Numbered from the stretch's first letter, positions 9,309 to 20,560 are shown. The stretch: DNA of 64,000 bases from Trypanosoma brucei (GCA_000002445.1 CH464491.1:3168001-3232000); one strand, 5' to 3'. A program made the numbers and translations. Notes: a model not told the origin generated them from the sequence alone.

Positions 9309-12300
9309 ATCATGGATGTGAGCTCAGTGTTGTTGTTGTTATAATGATTATTTTCTTTTGCCCTCATGCAAATGCTGACGGACTCGAACACGTGGGGACC
9401 ACCACATCGTCTTACTTTCCCTTCCTCTTTTTTTTTTGTTTTCTCCTTCTTATATGTTTTTTTGTTTTAATTCTAATTGGCTCGTTGCGTTTTGTTTGGT
9501 TGAGCTATTTTCGACACGAACCCGCTATGGTAGTTTTTTTTTGTTACTCTGTTTCTGCCTACTTGGTTACGTTAACTTTTTTCTTTTTTCTTTTTTCTTT
9601 TTTTCCATTTGTTTCTTCGCATGGAGGTGAGTATTCATGAAAAGTGATGGAGAGTAATTTAGAGGAAGCGAAGGGGAAGAAAAGAGCGGAGGGGGAAAAA
9701 AAAAAGGATTGTTTTGGGAGAGAAAGGGGAGAAATAAAAAAAGTTGTTGCTGTTGTTATTGTTATTAAAAAAAAAAACAAAAACAAGAGAGGTTTTAATT
9801 AGAGCGAGGAAAGAGAAAGGTGAAGGAAAGAAGGAAAGGGGGGAGGGAAAAAGTTTGTATTGGCGGTGGGATTTGAGGTGCAACGGATCCGAAATCACGG
9901 AACAATTACATTTAATCTCATTTCTCTGCGGTCATGTTGAGCCGTAAGGAACCCTCGCATACGGGAACCTTCACCATTTTCTTTTTATATTTTTCTCTTT
10001 CTTTTTTTTCTTTTTTCTTTTTTTTTTAAAAAAACATGGAGATGACATTGGATAACAAAACAAATACGCCCATATTTAAATATTTACATATTTATGCAAC
10101 TGTTAATTCATTAAAAGGTGGAGGGGAGGGAATGAACAGAACCAACAATGATGGGGGAAGGGGTTTAACAATGAATAAGTGAAACAGTGGATCAAGTGAA
10201 AATTATTGTATTTATGTTTTATATTAATATAAATACAAATTTAAACGAATTTGAATAAATAACTGAATTTAAGCAATATAATAAATCTATATACGGACAT
10301 GTAGAGTTGCACTTTTTTTTTTTAATTTGAAAGGTTATGAAATTAAAAACAGTTGCGACTGCTTCAGCAAATGAGGAATGTTTCCGTTTCTAAGTGTCAA
10401 TGTCCGTGTGAGTGGCTGAGAGGACGAAAAATATGAATAATATGACAAAAATAGAAGAAGCACAATCGAAGAGACAAACAGAAAAAAAGAAGCATAACGA
10501 AGAATATATAAGCCACGTAAAATATTTAAATGAAATAAAACAAAATGAGGAAGCACTATATTGGACACACAATGAGAAACAGCGGAAGTAATGACAAAAT
10601 TCACTCTTCCCCTCCTTTTATTATTATTATTGTTATTGTTATTATCTTAGTTTCCTCCCTTTTTTTTTTAACATTTGTGACGTGGCGTTTCTTTATTTAC
10701 GTTTTTGGTGGGTTCGTTACCACCGCTCTTCTCGGTGCATGTGTATATGTATATGCTTGCTCACTTTTTTCCCTTGTTTTTTAATATTAATCATATTATT
10801 ATTATTACAATCATATCCCTTGGTTCCATCTACAACCTTTCGTGGGGCAGATATTTATGTCCCCTATATTCCTTTCTCTTTTAAAAAAAAATCTTTATTT
10901 ATTTGATCTGGTTCTTTTTTCCTCTTTATATATATATATATATATTAACGAAACTACTTTTGTTTTTTTAAATTTTTTTACTATTACGGCACAAGCGAGT
11001 GAATCCTCACCCAAAACGGCGGGGAAGGAGCATCAACTTGTGAGGTTCCTCATGAAAAATATAAATATTGCATGCGGATACCAAACTTGCCGATGCTTAC
11101 ACGCATTAAAAAAGAAGGTTTCGTTTTGTATTTTTGAAAAAAAAAACAAAGAAGGAAAAGGAAAGATACATATATATATAAATATGAATGCAAAGAGAAA
11201 ATTAATAGACAAGGAGAGGGGCGTAACTCGAGCTTCCTTCAAGTGTTTTTCCTTTTCATTTTATCAATATTATTTTATTTATCTTTTCTCGGTGTTGTTC
11301 TTCTTTTATCTTTTCTTCTATCCTTTTCACGTGACACTATTTCCTTTGGTTGAAACTAACGAATAATATACGCCTGTGCATAAGCGATGGTGAGTGACTA
11401 AATGAATAAATAAATAAATGCTCTTTTGAATAAATGGAGGGAATATTTAAGACTCAGAAACGTAAGTTACGAGGAGGAAGGAGGAAAAAGGGACGAGAGG
11501 TGTCTTTCCTTCTTTATTTTTGCCTTTTATTGTGTGCACTTTTGCTACTCCTCGTTGCCGCATTTCCGTTCTTCCGTAACGGGGGGGGGGAAAAAAAAAG
11601 GAATTGTGCGTTTGGTAAAGAAATGAAGGTATAGAAGCGGCTTCCGCTTGTCCCCGCATGTCCTCGTGCATGTTTAAAGCCGCGCTCTTCCCTCCATTCG
11701 TGCTGATGAGTATTTGTTCATAAATATGAGAGGAAATATATATATATATATATTTATAGGTATATATTTACTTGACTTCTCTTTTCCTCTTTTTTTAATT
11801 ATTGTAAACTTTTATATTTATGTACATGCACATTAAGAGCGCACCCTAATGTCGTATTGCGGTGATGATTCACCGTTGTTACCCATCATCATGGCCAAAG
11901 TAATAATTATATATATATATATTATTGCATTCTCATTATGGTGCCCTTTTTCTTCCCTTTCCCTTTCTACTTACCTTCTTTGTTATCATAATTATTAAAA
12001 CTGTACGTACTTTACCTCAATTAAGCAATAATGGTAACCGAAAGTAGAAGAAGAAAAGGAAAAAAAAGGATGCGGAAGGATAATTACGCACAACACTTTA
12101 ATTATTATTATTATTATTACATTATTATTACTATTATTATTGTTTGTTCCTTTGTGTACTTCCTTGCCACTTATACGCGTACCTTTCATTGCTTTGGCAC
12201 TGATCATATGAATTAAATTTAAGGATTTTAATTATGGTGATGATTGTTGTTATTAAAAAAAAACAATAATAACTATTATTTTATATTGTGCCTTTACTCG

Positions 12301-13764
12301 TTGCAACCATCATACCCTCGTGGATTGCATTGTTTCGTTGGCGTGGAGGTAACAAACCACATAAACGAGCCAAATGACTGCACATATAGCGGAAGGAAAT
12401 AAAACAAAGGAGAAAGTAAAGCAAATTAAAAAAAAGAGGGAGCGAGAAGGATTTAAAAGAAACATTTTTTTTTCTTAAAGATGAGTCGACTTCTACCATT
12501 CGTGTTTATCGATCCATATTTGTATATGTTTATTTATTTATTTGTATATACGAAAAGAAGATAAGGAATGGGGGAAAAGAGGCATGAAGAAGTGAGAAGA
12601 GGATGAGGAAGAGAAGGAAATAAAAGAAAAGAAAAGAAAAAAAAAGCGATAGAAAACAGAAAGAAAAAGGAAAAAGAAAAAAAAATGAAGAAAAGAGAAC
12701 AAGGTGCTGGTGTGCCGCGTACTTGAAATTCACACTGTTCCCGTTCTTTCACATCGAAGTTGGGAAACCAATAAAACAAGAGGTATAAATCATATCATAA
12801 TTATTACTGTTTGGAGATGACTTTCTTTTCTTTTCTTTTTGTTTTTCTCTTTTTTTTTTTTTTACCCCTCTCCCATTCAGCTTTTCTTTTGTGTACCTTT
12901 TCTTTACAGCACTCTGTGTTTCAACCGACCGGATAATGGAGACCAGCAAAAACAACCACAAAATGCGAGTAAAACCAGAGCAGCAAGAAAAGAAGCGAAA
13001 AAGACAGCGCCCATTTATGGGTTTATTTACTTTAAAATTAAAATATATATATATATATATATTATACTCACATATTTGTGTGGTGACGAAGGTAAGGAAA
13101 GGGGAAATTATTGCAAGTTGTTTATATGAAACTGGCAAACAAAAACTCTTTTTCTATCTTTTTTTTTTAAAAAAAAGAAAAAGAGAAGAGGGGAGAGGAG
13201 AGGAGAGGAGGATTTCAAAAAAAAAAAAGAAGCAAGTGCGTGTGCGCACGGATGGCTGGACGGACTTTAACACATGGTGCAACACGATTTGATTTTCAGT
13301 TTGCTTTTCATTTTCTTCGATCCGACAGATAACTGCTCCGTGGGAATGACTTGCTCTCTTTTTTTTTTTAATTATTATTATAATTATTATGATTTCGTTT
13401 CGTAAATGATTTCCACTTTCCCAGTCCCTGCTGCACTTCATATCCGCGCAACATTTTCTTTGTTTTGTTTTGCTTATTCTTACCCTTCTTGTTATCTTTG
13501 TTTTTTTTAAAATTATTGCTTATTTATATTAGTTTCTATAGGGAATAGTCATATAATTTAGTTGTTTGAGACTGTGAGTCACAAGGCAGCGCCGCTTGAA
13601 CTTTCCAGCATATTGAGATGAGGAACCTGCAGACCCACACATGAAAGGGGTAATATGATTCTTTTTTTAAAAAAAAATATATAAATATATTCTGCTTTTC
13701 ATCCAAGAATAATAATAATGAAAAAGAAAGGTGCAATCCTTTTTGTTTTCAAGGAAAGGTCAGT

Positions 13765-13837
13765 CAATTTTTCCTCTCTTTCTTTTTCGGTTTCTTCGTG
13801 TGCCTGTTTGTTTTTTATATTGTTGTTTTCACACCAG
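13765..13837 (+). promoter_or_regulatory. Polypyrimidine tract plus AG upstream of the EF-hand gene (probable SL acceptor region)
   Basis: ttcctctctttctttttcggtttcttcgtgtgcctgtttgttttttatattgttgttttcacaccag lies about 200 nt upstream of ATG 14045. Confidence 0.4.
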
Positions 13838-14044
13838 TTAACAAGGGCTTTGTGCTCCGCAAAGTTAGCATCATAAAGTAAGGCGATAGAATACAAAAGA
13901 AAAAAAAGCTCCATCAAGAAAAGAGCGGGAGGAAAAAAAAAGAAAAATTATACACCGAAGATATATAGAAAGGGGCCATAAGCCTCGCATATAGCAACAA
14001 ACAAGGAGGACAGACAAAAGGAAAAAAAAAGGGAGGACCAGGAT

Positions 14045-15808
14045 ATGGCGTTTCTCGTACAAGTAGCAGCGGATATATTCAATAATAAAGTGAACTTTGA
14101 GCTTAGCTTCCCGTCCAGACCCAGCATATCGGAACTGACGCGTTCGGCGGAAACTGCTTTCTCAAATGAAATTTCTCTTCGCCGACCGGACAATGTGCCA
14201 TCGCACAAATTTCATTCATCGAAGATCAAAATGTACGATGAGGAGCTCAACAAATGGGTGGATCTAATAAGGGAGGACCAGTTAACGGATTATTGTCAGC
14301 TTTATGTTTTCCAACCTCCAAATGAATGGCACAAGGAAAGCCAAAAGGAAATCCCCCCTGCAATGAAGCCACCGAGTTCCGGCCAACGACACTCCGCAGG
14401 TGGTTCCTTTTCACAGGGCTCACGTGTCACTCCTAATGGAAGCCTTTCCATGCAGGGGGCTCTCGCACCGTACAACGGGTCTCGCTCACCCGTTAGCCAC
14501 CGCAGTGAGTCGCAACAGGCTCGTCACGCTTCGTTCCACGGGAGTACCTCAAATGCGCTCGTGCCGCGTGCCCAGACAGATGTGTCGCAAGAAGAAAAAC
14601 TGCGTGTGCTATTCGCGGAACTCGATGTAAAGGGTAACCGTGTGCTCGACGTTGAGGACTTCCGACACGGTTTCACTGTGTTTAATCTCAACTTCAGCCC
14701 AGCTACGGTGGACGATCTCTTTGAAAAGGGTGACAGCAACCGGGACGGGCGGATTACCTTTTCAGAATTTGAGCGGTTCGGACGGCTCTATCCAATCATG
14801 ACGGATTGCCTCTATTTCCGTTCCAGGGCTTTTTGGGAAGAAGAACAAATCAGGCGCTCTATTCAAAATGAGCGACAGGCAGTGAGACAAGCGGAGCAAG
14901 CGGTGGAGCAGGCCCGACGAGCCCTTGAGGAGGCAGAAAATGAGACAGATGCCGCTAAGGATGCCGTCGCAACTGCGGATGCGGATCTCAAGGATCGAAC
15001 GGACCGTCTGCGGGACCTCACGAGGGACATGGACAACGCAAAGCGCGAGAAGGAGCGGGCCATCCGCGAGAAGAAGGATCGCGAGAAGGAACTCTTCGAG
15101 ATTCGTGAGCGTGAAAAGGAGCTTCGGAAAGACGCACAAGAGGTGGCTCGTGAGGCTGAGAAGCAGGACCGACGGGCGTTTTCTCTCGCTGGGGAAGCGA
15201 GTGCTGCCGATGACAAGGTTCGTGCCTTGGAGAAGGCCCTTGACGAGGCTCGTCGTGCCGCTGAGCGGGCGCACAACGCCGCAGATCAGGCTGCCAGAGA
15301 CGCTGATATCGTGAAACTCCGCATGCAAGATGCTACACGAGATGCCGAGGAGGTGGCACGGGAGGTTCCCCGGGCGGAGGACGCGGTGCGGGCCGCAGAG
15401 CACAACGTATCAGCAGCAGATCAAGGGGCTCGGGAACTGGAAGGAATGGGCCGTGTGCTTTCGCGGGAGATAGAAGAGGCTGGGCAGCGACGGGATCAGA
15501 GCGAAAAGGCAGTTGAGGAGGCGAGAGGTATGATGCATGTGAAAGAGCGTCAGTTGGAGGAAGCAAAACAGCACGTTTCGGAGAGGGAACACGCCGTAAG
15601 GCTTAAGGAAATCGAACTGGCTGATCAGCTGAAGCAGCGTGAACTCGTGTCACAGCACGAGAGGACACTTATAGAGCAGGAGCTTCGGCTACGCGAACAA
15701 AGAGACAGTTTAGAGGAGCGGGAGACGAAATTGATGTCAGAAGCCAGCAGCTTCCTGGGCAATCTCCGTACGCAGTTACACGGTGGGAGGTCCTATCCGC
15801 GAGATTAA
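14045..15808 (+). CDS. EF-hand calcium-binding plus long coiled-coil protein (587 aa) with a compact N-terminal domain
   Basis: Two EF-hand-like loops (DVKGNRVLDVEDF; DSNRDGRITFSEFERF), then about 300 aa of heptad E/R/K/A-rich coiled coil (REKERAIREKKDREKELFEIREREKELRKDAQE...). Intact ORF with coding-like composition. Confidence 0.7.
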   Translation: MAFLVQVAADIFNNKVNFELSFPSRPSISELTRSAETAFSNEISLRRPDNVPSHKFHSSKIKMYDEELNKWVDLIREDQLTDYCQLYVFQPPNEWHKESQKEIPPAMKPPSSGQRHSAGGSFSQGSRVTPNGSLSMQGALAPYNGSRSPVSHRSESQQARHASFHGSTSNALVPRAQTDVSQEEKLRVLFAELDVKGNRVLDVEDFRHGFTVFNLNFSPATVDDLFEKGDSNRDGRITFSEFERFGRLYPIMTDCLYFRSRAFWEEEQIRRSIQNERQAVRQAEQAVEQARRALEEAENETDAAKDAVATADADLKDRTDRLRDLTRDMDNAKREKERAIREKKDREKELFEIREREKELRKDAQEVAREAEKQDRRAFSLAGEASAADDKVRALEKALDEARRAAERAHNAADQAARDADIVKLRMQDATRDAEEVAREVPRAEDAVRAAEHNVSAADQGARELEGMGRVLSREIEEAGQRRDQSEKAVEEARGMMHVKERQLEEAKQHVSEREHAVRLKEIELADQLKQRELVSQHERTLIEQELRLREQRDSLEERETKLMSEASSFLGNLRTQLHGGRSYPRD

Positions 15809-16379
15809 TGCTTTATATGGGAGCAAATTTACCAGTGCGACGCACGCAACGTCACGGAGTGGTTGAATCAGTTGTGTGCAGGCGGGAAAATGAAGGGAGA
15901 TCATCGAAAGAAGTAATGAAAAGAATCAAGCGCTCCTCCTTTTTTGTTTAAAGTTTTATGTTCATTTTTTACTTATTGGAGGCGGACGTTTTTACCGTGT
16001 AAGGATGTTCAGGGCGCGGGGAGTTTCATAGAATATTTCTCTTTTGTTCATTTACCCCTTTTGCTCTGACTCATTGTGACCTTCTACCAACTTCCCCGAT
16101 TACTGCCGTAAACACGGCCATTAATTTTGTTGTTGTTATTGTTTTGTGCGTGTGTGTGTTTGTGCTAGTGAACCAAACGTTCGCAACATTTTATTTCCGT
16201 CCCTAGCAACCACCCAGCGGTGTGTTTGTGTGTGGCTGTGTGGGGTGTGACACTATTAGAGGTCTATAGAGAAATGGAGCAAAACAAGGAAAAAGGTTCG
16301 CGAGGAAGAGAGAAGGGGAAAAGAAGAGGTATTGGTCACGCAGGGTATCATTTGTTTTTCTTTGTGATCTCGTGGAATG

Positions 16380-16381
<2 letters not shown>

Positions 16382-16426
<45 letters not shown>
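16382..16426. repeat. (TA)n microsatellite, about 22 units
   Basis: Direct read at 16382-16426. Confidence 0.9.
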
Positions 16427-16431
<5 letters not shown>

Positions 16432-16748
16432 CCACACAGTTGTCTCGCTTCCTCCTTTCTGCCAAGTAGTTAATGATCTCACGCTGTGTTCATGGCGCCA
16501 TAGAAAACCATATAATCTTCATTTTTTTTTTATGTGCTCTTGTGCCATTGCCGCTTTGTGGGTAGATGGGGTGACAGAAGGGTGATGATTGCCTCGGTAG
16601 CACATGGCCCTGCGTTGTTGCGGCGGCCCTCTCAACTGTTGTGCGTGTGCTTTTACTCATATATTCGCTGCCATAATCATTAATGCACTCATTTCTTTTT
16701 GTTTCCCTGTAAGTTCCCAAGGCTCCACCTCCAGACTTAACTGCACCA

Positions 16749-17378
16749 TTGCATACGGAGAACACGACACAGGCAATGCGGCGTAGTCCTTGTGCTGATT
16801 ACTTCACATCTCTAATGGCAACCGCCGGTTTTGTTCGATGCCGCGGTTTGAGTTCTAGCGGCCAAACAAACACCACACAAACTGTACACGTTCTCCATAG
16901 CCTATACCGTCGGTTGCGGAAGGAAGGTGAGGAACGAAAGATGCTGGAGGATGCCCTCTCCGTTAACCAACTCGAGACGAACATTCGTATCGGATTACGT
17001 CTTTTGCATTGCCACACACAGCTGGTGGATTTGAACAGACAGCTGAAGGAGTTACCCTTTTGGCGGCTAGTGAGGCGAATGTCACTTGCTGTTGCACGCC
17101 GTTATTATGCCTGGCGAATTTTTTCTATCCGGCTTCGATTGCGTAGCACAACGGCGATTAGCAACGCCCTGGTGTACACGCTCTTCCTAGTGGTTTGCTT
17201 TATGCTCTACGAGATCTATTGCGTTTGCCGCATTGGGGTGACGCGAGCGGAGGATCGGTACAAATCATTAGCCGTCCCGATAGTACAGACGTTTGAAGCC
17301 CTCGAGGAGGCGGCACGGCGACGAAAAGACATCTTGTTGAAGGAAATGGAGGGGGATATAGTTCGGCAAAGGAATTAG
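16749..17378 (+). CDS. Hypothetical small protein (209 aa) with one predicted TM helix. Start is uncertain among ATGs at 16749, 16776 and 16815.
   Basis: Intact ORF on the coding strand in an otherwise gene-dense interval. Hydrophobic segment ALVYTLFLVVCFMLYEIYCVC. Basic/hydroxylated N-terminus (MATAGFVRCRGLSSS) resembles a mitochondrial presequence. No recognisable family. Confidence 0.4.
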   Translation: MHTENTTQAMRRSPCADYFTSLMATAGFVRCRGLSSSGQTNTTQTVHVLHSLYRRLRKEGEERKMLEDALSVNQLETNIRIGLRLLHCHTQLVDLNRQLKELPFWRLVRRMSLAVARRYYAWRIFSIRLRLRSTTAISNALVYTLFLVVCFMLYEIYCVCRIGVTRAEDRYKSLAVPIVQTFEALEEAARRRKDILLKEMEGDIVRQRN

Positions 17379-18244
17379 ACAAACATCAGTACGTCCAAAA
17401 GGATGAGGGAATAGGATGGCTCGTTTAACTTTTTTTTTTGTCTGTCATCTCCTGGAATTATCACCCGATGGAACGTTTGCGTGCCGTGAACGTGTTACGT
17501 GTCGTTGAAGTAAATCATGGCCGTACTGGTGGGGAGAATGAACTGGCTGCGTTGCTTTATTTTCGCCGTGTGGTATGGAGTTCAGTGAAGTTACTCTAGT
17601 TGACGGATGCTTATTTCAACTCATTATCGGATACTTTGGGGGGTATGCCTTGTAGTTGGTGAGTTCCCTGCAAAGCAGCATCGTGCTGAGGTTTTTGTTA
17701 CCGCAGGTGGCGGCCAAGTTGATTGGGGGACAATTTGCACCATCAAGGAGTTAAACGCTCACCATACAGCAGTCACCGCCTTCGCATAATTTTAAATCTA
17801 TATTTAACACATGCACATATAAGCATACATATATTTATATGTGTTTTGTGAAAGCTTTTACCAGGCGAACCACTCGGCACCCCATTTAGCGCACACAGAG
17901 ATTAGCGCTGCATGCTGCGCAATCCTTTTTTTTTAATGTGCGGTTGGAGGTTGATCAGAGGCACGTTTTCCTTCTGTATGTTTACCTGTTGGATTCTTTA
18001 AGATTGTAAAGTGATGATAAGGGAAGTAACCAATTACTTCTTGATGATCAAGCAGTTCCGGGTGCTGCGAATATTAACATGTTTTTCTTTCGTCCCTTCC
18101 CCGCCACCGGTCGACCTTGCAAATACCGCTTATCACTAATGCACGTCCCCGAGACAGCAAGCACAAATATCGGAGCACATCCGCACATTCCTTTTTTTCT
18201 TTGAGCACCTCACCTTTTCCATTTTAGTAAGTGGTGCGCGGGTT

Positions 18245-20011
18245 ATGTCCGTGGCCTCTGAGGCAAATGACGTCGTATCGTTCCTCTCCAAGGTTGGGGA
18301 GCGCTACAAGCAGCACCGCGAGTTACTCCGCCGGAAGTTTTTGGAAGACGAGCGTCGCGATTGCCCCTTCAAACCAACATTGTCCAAATATACTTCACAC
18401 AGGAAACCGAGCAAAGGCTCCGAGTGCGTTGAGGCTGTGGAGAAGCGGTTATATCAACTGCATGTGCGCCAGCAGGAGTTGGCGGAAGAGCGTCAAGCTG
18501 CGCATAACAAGAGGGAGAGTGCCGAGTTGAAGGCAGTGATGCGGCCTCCGCGTCTCACCGCACAGGCGCGTTCTCTTTCGCCACGCGATCCAGCAGAAGT
18601 ATCACGGCAATGGTTGCAGAAGCGTGAAGAGAAGTTGATCCGGTTGCGTGAGGCCATCATAAAAGGAGACCTGGACGCGATGCAGTCTAAACCAACTATC
18701 TCTTCATATGCCGAAGCAAACATCACCGCTGAACGTAGAAACGGGAAAAGTATAGAAGATTATCTATTAGCTGAGCATGAGGCGAGACGAGAGCGAATGC
18801 ATCATCATTATGAAGGGGGCACAACGGCTAGTGGTCGTTCTTCTTCCCCTCTACGGCGTGTCGATTCGCAACCCGTGTTCAGACCTCGCATATCCAATTA
18901 TGCGCGACGACTCTCACTCCCTGGTCGCGTTGTGGATCGTTTACTTTCAAAAAAGAGCAGGAAAGGGGATGCGCTGCGTGACGAAAATTGCACTTTTGCA
19001 CCTCGTGTGTCATCGACCTCGACTAGGTTGCTAAGATATTTCTACAAGAATCCCAATGTGTCAGTGTACGATCGCTTATGCGATGAAAGTTACATGAGAC
19101 CTAATGGTTGCTATGCGAAGAAGGGTTCGTCTCATGTGGAACCTGGGAGCTTTGGTGTTCCGCATATAAACGAGACGTCGCGCGCAATAGTTGAACGTAA
19201 AAGAACTGGCGACGATGCGCCACTGCGGACGTATCAGCTTCGAAGCCCTACTGAACGACTTCACGCCTGCAGGGATCCCACGGCTTCGAGTGGCCGGCAC
19301 AGACGGCACTGTCAACATATGATTAGTGAACAGCTTGAAAAGGAGATATCGCAATGTACGTTTCGACCACGTGTTGACGAGGAATCGAACCAGATGTGGC
19401 GGCGGCGGTTACAACAGTTGAAGGGGGGTGGACACCCAAGAAATGTTTCAGGACTCCGTGAGCTCCTTTGGCGTCGTTCAGAAACACGTATGAAAGAGGA
19501 GTTGCGCAGGCAACGTGAGCTGCAAGAACAGAAAGAGGTGGAGGAGTGTACCTTTCACCCCAAAGTAGGGCGGGCCCCTCGAAGGCGAGTTGAGTGCGCA
19601 CTTTCCGTTCCGGAACGCAATGAGGCATGGCAGCAGCGACGGCAGAAAAAACTCAACTGTACCCGGGAAGAGGTTGAGCGTTCTGAGACATCCGAATGCT
19701 CGTTTCATCCCTCCGTTTCTTCGCTGCATTCTGCAGCTTCGGTGCCAGCCTCTAACGTAGCCGGGTACGATTCACATCTGCGGCGTCACGCGGAGTCGCG
19801 GAGGATAATTCGGGAGATGCAGGAGTGGTGGCGGCCGAAGTCTCACATATCTCGTAACAGCGGGTCAGCTCGTCGGGTGCGTTCGCAACCCCAAAAACGG
19901 GAAAAGGAATGGTGGGACTTGCCGCAGAAATGCGAGCTCAGCAGTTTTACGCGCACGTGCTCTCCCACTTCGTGGGATGATCAACTTAGTTCGTCACAGT
20001 TGGGTTCGTGA
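18245..20011 (+). CDS. Hypothetical basic protein (588 aa) with five dispersed C-[PTS]-F-x-P-x-[VL] repeats
   Basis: Repeats read directly: DCPFKPTL, NCTFAPRV, QCTFRPRV, ECTFHPKV, ECSFHPSV. Each is preceded by an E/R-rich segment. R/S/E-rich overall. Intact ORF, + strand. Confidence 0.6.
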   Translation: MSVASEANDVVSFLSKVGERYKQHRELLRRKFLEDERRDCPFKPTLSKYTSHRKPSKGSECVEAVEKRLYQLHVRQQELAEERQAAHNKRESAELKAVMRPPRLTAQARSLSPRDPAEVSRQWLQKREEKLIRLREAIIKGDLDAMQSKPTISSYAEANITAERRNGKSIEDYLLAEHEARRERMHHHYEGGTTASGRSSSPLRRVDSQPVFRPRISNYARRLSLPGRVVDRLLSKKSRKGDALRDENCTFAPRVSSTSTRLLRYFYKNPNVSVYDRLCDESYMRPNGCYAKKGSSHVEPGSFGVPHINETSRAIVERKRTGDDAPLRTYQLRSPTERLHACRDPTASSGRHRRHCQHMISEQLEKEISQCTFRPRVDEESNQMWRRRLQQLKGGGHPRNVSGLRELLWRRSETRMKEELRRQRELQEQKEVEECTFHPKVGRAPRRRVECALSVPERNEAWQQRRQKKLNCTREEVERSETSECSFHPSVSSLHSAASVPASNVAGYDSHLRRHAESRRIIREMQEWWRPKSHISRNSGSARRVRSQPQKREKEWWDLPQKCELSSFTRTCSPTSWDDQLSSSQLGS

Positions 20012-20520
20012 TAATTACGGGATGCGCGGTCCCTGTGGTCGCGTGTTGACTGGTGTTGCGCGCTTTGTTTAGTTGCGGCAGCAATGCGGTGCGCAACCCC
20101 CCGTTTTTTTTTAGACGACAATGGATGAGGTTGAGGCGTAGCGACGGCGCTCGTGCGGCTCAGACGGTAGTTGTCTATCATAGAGTTCACCCATACATGA
20201 TTATTGTCATTGATATGGTAAAGCATATACATTGAGGATCTTCATGGCAGCAGACAGAATGATGCAAGTGGGAGCACAAATGAGAAAAAAAAACAAAAAA
20301 AATCTACTTGTTCTGTTGGTTGTTGGGATTCCTTTTTTGTTTTGTTGCTTTTACTTTGTTTCACCGTTTGATGCATTGTGGTAGTGTGTTGGATACGCTG
20401 CTTTCCACTTTATTCTTCTTTACGCGCTATCACTCGGTTCCATTACGTGATGTGGGGGCACTTTCACGAAGGTTCCGGCCACTGAACTGCTGCCCCGGCA
20501 GAGGGGGATTATTTCAGCAT

Positions 20521-20560
20521 TACTTGTTCTTCTTCCCCTTTTTGTCCCTTCGTGTAGGTC
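20521..20560 (+). promoter_or_regulatory. Polypyrimidine tract plus AG upstream of the kinesin gene
   Basis: tacttgttcttcttcccctttttgtcccttcgtgtag lies about 200 nt upstream of ATG 20761. Confidence 0.4.

Larger units (their letters stand above)
4352..14044. other. About 9.7 kb ORF-poor, AT-rich, low-complexity region. Candidates are a very long UTR or non-coding interval. It is dense in microsatellites and homopolymers.
   Basis: No ORF over 174 aa on either strand. Every ORF present translates simple repeats (poly-F/L/K/E). Many (TA)n, (GT)n, (AAT)n, (CTC)n, (CAA)n, TGTCTTTT repeats and A/T runs. Composition contrasts sharply with the ~52% GC coding segments on both sides. Confidence 0.7.

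Noticed and set aside
11620-11720. Box C/D snoRNA call for the UGAUGA-containing island
   Set aside because: A UGAUGA and a short hairpin are present, but I found no downstream CUGA D box or terminal stem at the right spacing. It is kept only as a candidate within the ncRNA-island finding, not as a feature.
4352-14044. Centromere or strand-switch region hypothesis for the desert
   Set aside because: Genes on both sides are co-directional, so this is not a divergent or convergent switch. No long-unit (roughly 30-150 bp) tandem satellite array is visible. There are only short microsatellites.
18231-18530. 99-aa ORF in an alternative frame at 18231
   Set aside because: It overlaps the start of the 588-aa repeat-protein gene in another frame. 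The longer frame has the conserved-looking repeats and coding composition.
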